From Lebetimonas sp. JH292 (GTDB lineage: Bacteria; Campylobacterota; Campylobacteria; Campylobacterales; Nautiliaceae), in NCBI RefSeq assembly GCF_000523275.1, contig NZ_ATHQ01000001.1, forward strand, positions 1,021,289-1,061,288: 40,000 bases of DNA, in the 5' to 3' direction. The notes beneath the pieces are model-generated. The model was not told the origin of the DNA. It saw only the letters and a program-made list of their open reading frames with translations, and made no database searches. Made by a program: the position numbers and the translations under genes. This document shows positions 15,979 through 22,423 of the stretch, in pieces; position 1 is the first letter of the stretch; each line of letters begins with the position of its first letter.

Positions 15979-16569
15979 TTATAAGCTAATAGTATTTTTG
16001 TGAAGTAGAAAGTCCATTGTGTCGTATGCGTTTCCTATTTCTCCGACTTTTAGCTCTTCTGGAGGAATTTTGTAAAAATTCATACAAACGCCGCATGAAT
16101 AAATTTTTACGCCTCTTTTTTCAAATTCTTTTAAAATTTCTATTGTTTTTTCATTTTTTGTTGTTAAAAATACACCTCTGTTTACACATACAATAATTTC
16201 AGGAAGTTTTTTAAATTCAAGTGTTGTTTTTAAAAATCCTTCTATTAATATGTGTCCAAGCTCGCCTTCTCCAACTTTGTCATCTTTTATAAAAAGCACC
16301 TTATCTAAAAATTTATCATTATCTTCTTCTTTTGGTGCAATACTGCATTCATAACCTTTTACAATCCTGATTATGGTTTCACCATTATCCAGTTTTTCTT
16401 CTTCTGCAACCAGTCCCTGGTTTGCCGCAAATCTTTTAACGTTTTGAACAGATGAAATAGAATTTACCAAAACCTCCAAAATTCCTTCGTCCATCTCTTC
16501 AAGTGCTTTTTTTGTATCAAGCACAGGTTTTGGACATGCCGCATTTCTGCAGTCTATTTTTTTATTCAT
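15979..16569 (-). CDS. yedF: YedF-like selenium-metabolism-associated protein (TusA/SirA-like N-domain + DsrE-like C-domain)
   Basis: 196 aa. The N-terminus CRNAACPKPVLDTKKALEEMDEG (CPxP) is paralogous to the N-domain of 11491..12075. The C-terminal half, with IIVCVNRGVFL and KIYSCGVCMNFY, is DsrE-like. Length and architecture fit the roughly 200-aa YedF family (TIGR03527, recalled from memory). Confidence 0.72.
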   Translation of the reverse strand: MNKKIDCRNAACPKPVLDTKKALEEMDEGILEVLVNSISSVQNVKRFAANQGLVAEEEKLDNGETIIRIVKGYECSIAPKEEDNDKFLDKVLFIKDDKVGEGELGHILIEGFLKTTLEFKKLPEIIVCVNRGVFLTTKNEKTIEILKEFEKRGVKIYSCGVCMNFYKIPPEELKVGEIGNAYDTMDFLLHKNTISL

Positions 16570-17329
16570 TTGTTACTCCTTTTGTTGTTTCGTATCCGGC
16601 AAGAGCCGCTCCGAATGCCCCCATCATCTGAGGATATTCCGGTGTGTATACTTCTTTTTTTAATTTTTTTGAAAGCAATTCCCTAAGAAGTGAATTTTTA
16701 GCTCCTCCCCCGGTAAAAACGATTTTGTCTTCCGGTCTAATGCTTTTGGCCATTCCGGCTAATCTTGATGCTATTGAATCAATAATTCCGTATCCTATAT
16801 TTTCAGGCTTTTCTTTTTTTGCCATAAGAGAAATTACTTCTGATTCGGCAAATACCGCACACATTGAAGATATCTGGATTGTTTTGTCAGCTTTTTTACA
16901 AAAATCTCCAAACTCATCAAGCGGAATCTGGAGTTTTACAGCCGCCATTTCTATAAATTTTCCGGTTCCGGCCGCACATTTGTCGTTCATTTTGAAATTA
17001 TCAAAATTTCCGCCTTCGGTTACTTTTATTACCTTGCTGTCCTGTCCTCCTAAATCAATAACAGTTCTTACATCCGGAAAGAAAAAATAAGCCCCTTTTG
17101 CATGGGCTTTTATTTCGCTGATTACAGGAACGTCAAACGCTTCTTGCATCATATATCTTCCATAACCTGTTGCAACCAGGGTTTCAATAGGTTTATCTTT
17201 TAAATATTCTTTTACCTGTTCGTCGGGATTTATAACGGTATCTAATACTTTAATGTCAATTATGTTTTTATTATCATCAATTCCAACAATTTTTGTATAG
17301 GTTGAGCCTATGTCAACTCCGTAATACAT
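16562..17329 (-). CDS. BcrAD/BadFG-type ATPase: activator of a (R)-2-hydroxyacyl-CoA dehydratase-like or double-cubane reductase
   Basis: 255 aa. ASKHA fold with GVDIGSTYTKIV and DLGGQDSKVI. The two cluster-bridging Cys contexts are MNDKCAAGTGKF and ISSMCAVFAESEV, and FTGGGAKN is present. Confidence 0.85.
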   Translation of the reverse strand: MYYGVDIGSTYTKIVGIDDNKNIIDIKVLDTVINPDEQVKEYLKDKPIETLVATGYGRYMMQEAFDVPVISEIKAHAKGAYFFFPDVRTVIDLGGQDSKVIKVTEGGNFDNFKMNDKCAAGTGKFIEMAAVKLQIPLDEFGDFCKKADKTIQISSMCAVFAESEVISLMAKKEKPENIGYGIIDSIASRLAGMAKSIRPEDKIVFTGGGAKNSLLRELLSKKLKKEVYTPEYPQMMGAFGAALAGYETTKGVTNE

Positions 17330-18642
17330 TAAAATCCTTTAAATTTAACGTTCTTTTTAAATGAAATACTTTCCAAAAACGCTTCAACTCTTGTTTTAAT
17401 CTGACCCATATCTTCCATTGAATAATCAGATTCAATTCTTAAAACAGGAATATTTTCAGCCTGAAGTCTGTCTATTACTCTTTTTGATTCCACGTTGTAT
17501 GTATGACAAAAAGAGAGTGAATAATAAATAATACCGTCAGCTTTTCTTTCTTTATACATTTTGATTATTTTATCTATTCTATCATCATTTGGAGTAAAGC
17601 ATGCACAGTCTATTTTCATATATCTATCAAGCATATTATTCATTAAATCATCAATAGTTTCAGCTCCTTGGGTTTCAATATTGTCTTTATAATATCTGTG
17701 TCCGATACATGCTTCTTCGTTTATTATTACTCCACCGGTTGTTTCAACAATATGATGAAGCTTCCAGTTTGGAGGTGCCATAGGTGTTCCAATTACCATA
17801 ATTCTCGGAGTATCTTTTTTTACAACAGAAACGCATTTTTTAATTCTTTCTTCAAGTTCGTCGCAAAGTTCATTTACTTTTTGTGTAAATCTTTCAGGGT
17901 CGTCATAAAAAGAGATTTGGTTAATTAAAAGTCCGTCTTTTCCGCTGATAGGTACAACATCAGGATACATGCCCCTTAATTTGTCAAGACGCTGCATGGC
18001 TTCTCTTTTTTTGTTTATAATTTCAATTCCCTTTTTAAGCTCTTCAAATGTAAGTTCTTTTCCTATAATTGATTCAATGTGTTTTTTAAAATCATAAACT
18101 TCACTTTTCCAAAGTTCTTTTTCTTTTTCTCTTTTCATTTGAGGAATATGCATTACATGAGTTGGGTGCAATTCGTTTAAAATTTCCCATGTTTTTTTCT
18201 TAGCTTCGCAGCTTGTTTCCCCGTATATAAAATCTGAAGCCTGTGTATACGGACATGTTTTTTGAACTTTAAATCCATACGCAGATTTAATTAAAGGGCA
18301 TATATTTCTTGGCAAATCTCTTTCGGCATCTGCAATAGAAAATTCAGCCCCGCCGCATAATCCGTAACATACTCCATCAGCCCCGACAACAATTTCTTCC
18401 GGGACAAATATACAAAAAGTTCCAACTAAAGGTTTTCCTTCTTTTTTCTTTTCTAAAATTTCTTCTATTCTTTTACCGTGTATTTCACTCATTACATAAT
18501 CAAAATATTCCATTGCTTTTGGTCTGTTTTCCTGCTTTAAAAAAAATTCAGGATATATTTCACCCAGAGCAGCCAAAAGTTCATTGTGTTTTTCTATATC
18601 CATACCAAGTTCTTGATACATAGGTGTGTAATCTTTAGACAT
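17329..18642 (-). CDS. 2-hydroxyacyl-CoA dehydratase (HGD-D) family protein, single-subunit type; candidate double-cubane-cluster reductase
   Basis: 437 aa, Cys-rich ([58 protein letters not shown]). A single HGD-D gene paired with one activator ATPase, rather than an alpha/beta pair, matches the DCCP arrangement. Confidence 0.75.
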   Translation of the reverse strand: MSKDYTPMYQELGMDIEKHNELLAALGEIYPEFFLKQENRPKAMEYFDYVMSEIHGKRIEEILEKKKEGKPLVGTFCIFVPEEIVVGADGVCYGLCGGAEFSIADAERDLPRNICPLIKSAYGFKVQKTCPYTQASDFIYGETSCEAKKKTWEILNELHPTHVMHIPQMKREKEKELWKSEVYDFKKHIESIIGKELTFEELKKGIEIINKKREAMQRLDKLRGMYPDVVPISGKDGLLINQISFYDDPERFTQKVNELCDELEERIKKCVSVVKKDTPRIMVIGTPMAPPNWKLHHIVETTGGVIINEEACIGHRYYKDNIETQGAETIDDLMNNMLDRYMKIDCACFTPNDDRIDKIIKMYKERKADGIIYYSLSFCHTYNVESKRVIDRLQAENIPVLRIESDYSMEDMGQIKTRVEAFLESISFKKNVKFKGF

Positions 18643-18795
18643 ACTTATCCTTTTTTAATTTTTTTAATTTTTATTTTTTTAGGATAAGCCTTATCCTTTT
18701 AACAACATTTTATCTTGAAGGTTTTAGAAGTACATCATGAAGCTTTTAGGAGTTTATGCCTCATGTGTTTCCCAGCCTGGGAGCTTAATTAGAGA

Positions 18796-18801
18796 ATTAT
18801 A
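18796..18801 (-). promoter_or_regulatory. Possible -10 box (TATAAT) for the 18642-9803 gene string
   Basis: A minus-strand TATAAT about 150 nt upstream of the ATG at 18642. No -35 element was evaluated, and read-through from the Crp-family gene is equally possible. Confidence 0.3.
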
Positions 18802-18836
18802 ACTCTTTTTTTCTTAAAGTTTGCTTAAAGTTTAAA

Positions 18837-19478
18837 TTATTGTAAATAATTTTTTAATTTTTTCATATCTATAATGATGTATTTGTCTTTGCCGATTTTT
18901 TTCAAAATTTTTTCTTTTATCAGTTGATTAAAAAATTTGGAAGTAGTCTGTCTTTGCGAACCGATAAAAGTTGCCAAATCTTTTATGCTTAAAGATAAGT
19001 CTATTTCAATACCTTCATCAGTTTTTTTACCGCTTTTTTTTGCAATTTCCAAAAGAAATGAAATTATTCTTCTTTTGCAGTTTTCAAAAACCAAGCCTTT
19101 AATAATATCTTTTTCAACCATCATAATATTTCTGAATGAATTTAATACAGAATTACAAAACATAGGATTATCGAAAACGGCAGGATGTTTTGTAACATCA
19201 AGAGATAAAACAACGGAGTCGCTTAGAAATTCAATTATAGATTCCGGATGCATTACATATATATTATTTTTCGATAAAAAATATAATATAAATTCTTTGT
19301 CTTCATATAAAAAAGAAACTTTTGCTTCACCTTCTTTAAAAATTAACAGTTTTGTTTTTTCTTCAGGATAAAATATTTCCCCTTTTTTAAAATGCATTTT
19401 TACAAATTTTGATAAATCTTCTTTACTCAAAATTTTTTCTATATCAAAACTGTCAATTTTAATTCTGCAAAATTTCAT
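18837..19478 (-). CDS. Crp/Fnr-family transcriptional regulator
   Basis: 213 aa. N-terminal cNMP-binding-like beta-roll and C-terminal HTH (LSIKDLATFIGSQRQTTSKFFNQLIKEKIL). It lacks the N-terminal Cys cluster of true FNR. It is divergent from fdhF. Confidence 0.8.
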   Translation of the reverse strand: MKFCRIKIDSFDIEKILSKEDLSKFVKMHFKKGEIFYPEEKTKLLIFKEGEAKVSFLYEDKEFILYFLSKNNIYVMHPESIIEFLSDSVVLSLDVTKHPAVFDNPMFCNSVLNSFRNIMMVEKDIIKGLVFENCKRRIISFLLEIAKKSGKKTDEGIEIDLSLSIKDLATFIGSQRQTTSKFFNQLIKEKILKKIGKDKYIIIDMKKLKNYLQ

Positions 19479-19510
19479 TTTAACTCCTTTTATATGGAAT
19501 TATAACAAAT

Positions 19511-19528
19511 AATGAATTATTATTCATT
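19511..19528. promoter_or_regulatory. Perfect palindrome AATGAAT-TATT-ATTCATT (Crp/Fnr-type 5-N4-5 geometry), abutting a TATAAT at 19529-19534
   Basis: Direct reading. TGAAT-N4-ATTCA resembles the FNR-type TTGAT-N4-ATCAA architecture. It sits in the divergent crp-like/fdhF intergenic region. Confidence 0.4.
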
Positions 19529-19538
19529 TATAATCAGA

Positions 19539-19560
19539 GCGTCTTTTATATGACACGATT
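19539..19560 (+). promoter_or_regulatory. Conserved operator-like motif, copy 1 (GCGTCTTTTATATGACACGATT)
   Basis: It matches 31369-31390 at 22 of 25 aligned positions (CGTCTTTTATA-n-GACAC-n-ATT-n-TTT). The G of GTC is exactly 74 nt from the ATG in both copies. The core is a GTC-N8-GAC dyad. Confidence 0.55.
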
Positions 19561-19614
19561 GTTTATAAAAAAGATATATTATTTTGATGAATAAAAATCC
19601 CAAAAGGAGGAATA

Positions 19615-21846
19615 ATGACAAAAGTACAAACCACATGTCCTTATTGTGGGACAGGTTGTAATATAGATTTGATTGTTGAAAACGGAAGAGTCGTTAAAGC
19701 GGAAGGCACTAAAAACCATCCTGTAAATGACGGTGAATTGTGTTTAAAAGGTATGTTTGGATGGGAATATATACATTCTCCAAAAAGACTGACCAAACCT
19801 TTAATCAGAAAAAAATATGGTAAATATTCAAGAGATGGACGTTTGGAAGAATCTTCATGGGAAGAAGCATACGCTCTTGTTGCTTCAAAATTAAAAGAAA
19901 CTGTTGAAAAATATTCATCTGATAGCGTTGTAGGTTTTTCATCAGCAAGATGTACAAATGAAGAAAATTATATTTTTCAAAAATTTATAAGGGCACTTGG
20001 TTCAAATAATGTAGACCACTGTGCTCGTTTTTGACACGGTCCTACAGTAGCCGGTCTGGCTAAAACACTTGGAAGCGGGACTATGACAAACGATTTGGCG
20101 GAATTTGCAACAGATACGGATGTGTTTTTATTAATAGGTACAAATACAAGTGAATGCCATCCTATAATCGCTATGCAGGTTTTAAGAGGCCTTGAGAGAG
20201 GTGCAAAGCTTGTTGTAATTGACATTAAAAAAACAGATATGGCAAAAAAAGCGGATGTATTTATCCAGATACCGAGCGGATATAATATACCTTTAATTAA
20301 TGCAATGATAAATTATATTATTCAAAACAATTTATATGATAAAGAATTTGTTGAGAAATATACAAACGGATTCGAATGGTTAAAAGAAACAGTTAAAGAT
20401 TTTACATTTGAAAAAGTGGAAAAAGAAACAGGTGTGTCAAAAGAACTTTTGATTGAAGCTACTGAATTATATGCAAAAGGTAATCCTTCCGCAATACTTT
20501 ATACAATGGGAATTACCCAGTTTATAGACGGAACATATAATGTAATGGATGTTTCAAACCTTGCAATTGTTACTGGGAATTTAGGTAAAAAAGGAGGAGG
20601 TGTCAATCCCCTAAGAGGCCAAAACAATGTTCAGGGTGCAGGTGATATGGGCGCTCTTCCTGGTGATTTGCCAAATGGAAAAGTGACTGATCCAAAAGCC
20701 CGTGAAAAAGCTGAGGAAATTTGGGGATTTAAAATAAATCCAATTCCAGGCTTAAAACTTTCTCAAGTACCTCATGCAATTGATGAGGGAAAAGTGAAAT
20801 TTTTATATATTTTTGGAGAAAATCCTGTAATGAGCGATCCGTGGACGGAACATTTTATTCACGCTTTGAAAAAAACAGATTTTATAGTTGTTCAGGATAT
20901 TTTTCTTACAGAAACAGCCCAGGAAGCGGATGTTGTATTGCCAAGTGCGTGCTGGGGTGAAAAAGACGGAACATTTAGTAACACTTCAAGAAAAGTTCAA
21001 TTGGTAAGAAAAGCTGTTGAGCCTCCTGCAAATTTAAATCCAGACTGGAAAGTAATCTGTAATGTAGCAAACAGAGTAGGGTTAAAAGGCTTTAATTTCA
21101 ATACGGCTGAGGAAATTTGGAATGAAGTCAGAAAATTAAACCCTTTCAAATTTAAAGGGATTACTTATGAAAGAATGGCTAAATTAAACGGAATAAACTG
21201 GCCTTGTCCTGATGAAGATCATCAGGGAACTCCTTATTTGTATGAAGATAACAAATCTTTTTTACCTGACGGAAAATTCAAACTTGTACCTATTGGTTAT
21301 ACATTAGATAAAAATGAAAGAATTGTTTTAGAAAATAAATTAAGAAAAACTTTTAATATTCCTGATGATTATCCTGTAGGCGTTGGGTGTCCTAGTGAAC
21401 AGCCTACAGAAGAATATCCTTGTATGTACACAACAGGTAGGAAAGTTTATCATTATCATACAGGAACAATGACAAGAAAATGCAAACCTCTTGAAATGGG
21501 TGCAGATATTATGGGACCTGTTATTGAGGTCAGCGAAGATATAGCAAGAGAAAGAAATTTGGAGAATGGATGCTATGCCGTGGTTTATAATAAAAGAGGA
21601 AAGATTGCTGCAAAAGTATTGGTAAATAAAGACTTAAGATACGGAACTATATTTACCACATTTCATTATGCGGAAGCAGACGGAAACGAACTTACCAATG
21701 CAGAGGAATCAGACCCGGTATCAGGAATGCCGCCACTTAAAATGTCAATAGCGGATATTAAAAAAATTTCCGAAGAAGAATTTTTAAAAATAAGAACAGA
21801 AATTCTTAGAGAAATAGAACCTGAAATTATTGAAAGGAGGGGTTAA
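19615..21846 (+). CDS. fdhF: Formate dehydrogenase H-type catalytic subunit (cytoplasmic, Mo/W-bisPGD), selenocysteine-containing
   Basis: The two ORF-track pieces (19615..20034 and 20083..21846) are in the same frame, separated only by TGA at 20032-20034. Read-through gives [30 protein letters not shown], the canonical FDH active-site Sec context. The N-terminus has TCPYCGTGC with no TAT signal. Confidence 0.92.
20035..20075 (+). promoter_or_regulatory. Bacterial SECIS element of fdhF
   Basis: UGA CAC GGU CCU ACA GUA GCC GGU CUG GCU A. The apical hairpin is UAGCC-GGUCU-GGCUA (20048-20062). The loop sequence and spacing closely parallel the E. coli fdhF SECIS (..GUUGCA GGUCU GCAC..). Confidence 0.65.
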
Positions 21847-21847
21847 A

Positions 21848-22420
21848 ATGCAATCAACAAGAAAAAATAAATTTGTTATAGCCAATCCAGAAGTATGTAT
21901 AGGATGTGCTACCTGTATGGCGGCTTGTTACAAGTCCGCATATGAAAGAGGAAAACTTGCAACCCCTCGCTTGATTGTAACAAGAACTTTTAACGGAGTA
22001 ATGCCTAATCAGTGTAGACAGTGTGATGATGCGCCGTGTGCAAATGTCTGTCCTGTGGGTGCGCTTACATTTGGAGAAGATTGTATAGAACTGCATGAAG
22101 AAATATGTATTGGTTGTAAATTATGTACTATTGCCTGCCCTTTTGGGGCTATAAGACCTGCAGCGGAAACAATGCCTTCGGTTGATTATGCCCTTGAACC
22201 AGATGCTATGCTTACACTGGAATCTGTTGCGGGATTAAAAACGGTTGCAGTAAAATGTGATTTATGCAAAGGAAGAGAAGGCGGGCCTGCTTGTGTTGAA
22301 GCATGTCCTACAGGGGCATTGATGTTTTTGGAACCTAATAAACAAGAAAACATGATTTTGGAAAAATCTGAAAAAGCAGTGGAAAAAACAGTAGAAACTT
22401 CTCATCAACATAAAGGATAA
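21848..22420 (+). CDS. hyfA: Formate hydrogenlyase 4Fe-4S electron-transfer subunit (HycB/HyfA-like)
   Basis: About 190 aa with four CxxCxxCxxxCP-type motifs (CIGCATCMAAC, CRQCDDAPCANVCP, CIGCKLCTIACP, CDLC...CVEACP). I chose the ATG at 21848, after GAAAGGAGGGG, rather than 21830. Confidence 0.85.
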   Translation: MQSTRKNKFVIANPEVCIGCATCMAACYKSAYERGKLATPRLIVTRTFNGVMPNQCRQCDDAPCANVCPVGALTFGEDCIELHEEICIGCKLCTIACPFGAIRPAAETMPSVDYALEPDAMLTLESVAGLKTVAVKCDLCKGREGGPACVEACPTGALMFLEPNKQENMILEKSEKAVEKTVETSHQHKG

Positions 22421-22423
22421 AAA

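Noticed and set aside
18730-18790. Shared 11-mer GCTTTTAGGAG plus tiny ORFs (10 codons starting at ~18755 on the plus strand; 6 codons on the minus strand near 32400-32420) as a repeated leader-peptide element
   Set aside because: An 11-nt match between two loci in 80 kb of two-strand AT-rich sequence is expected by chance. The micro-ORFs differ in sequence and in RBS spacing, and their orientations relative to the neighbouring genes are inconsistent.
19615-21846. Reading fdhF (split at 20034) and selD (starting at 10780) as truncated genes or pseudogenes
   Set aside because: In both cases the only interruption is a single in-frame TGA, located exactly at the known catalytic Sec/Cys position and followed by a hairpin. 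The full Sec machinery (selC, selA, selB, selD) is encoded in the same window.
21830-21847. hyfA start at 21830 (MKGGVK extension overlapping the fdhF end)
   Set aside because: The ATG at 21848 is preceded at ideal distance by GAAAGGAGGGG and follows the fdhF TAA by one nucleotide. The upstream codons are the fdhF C-terminus read in another frame.
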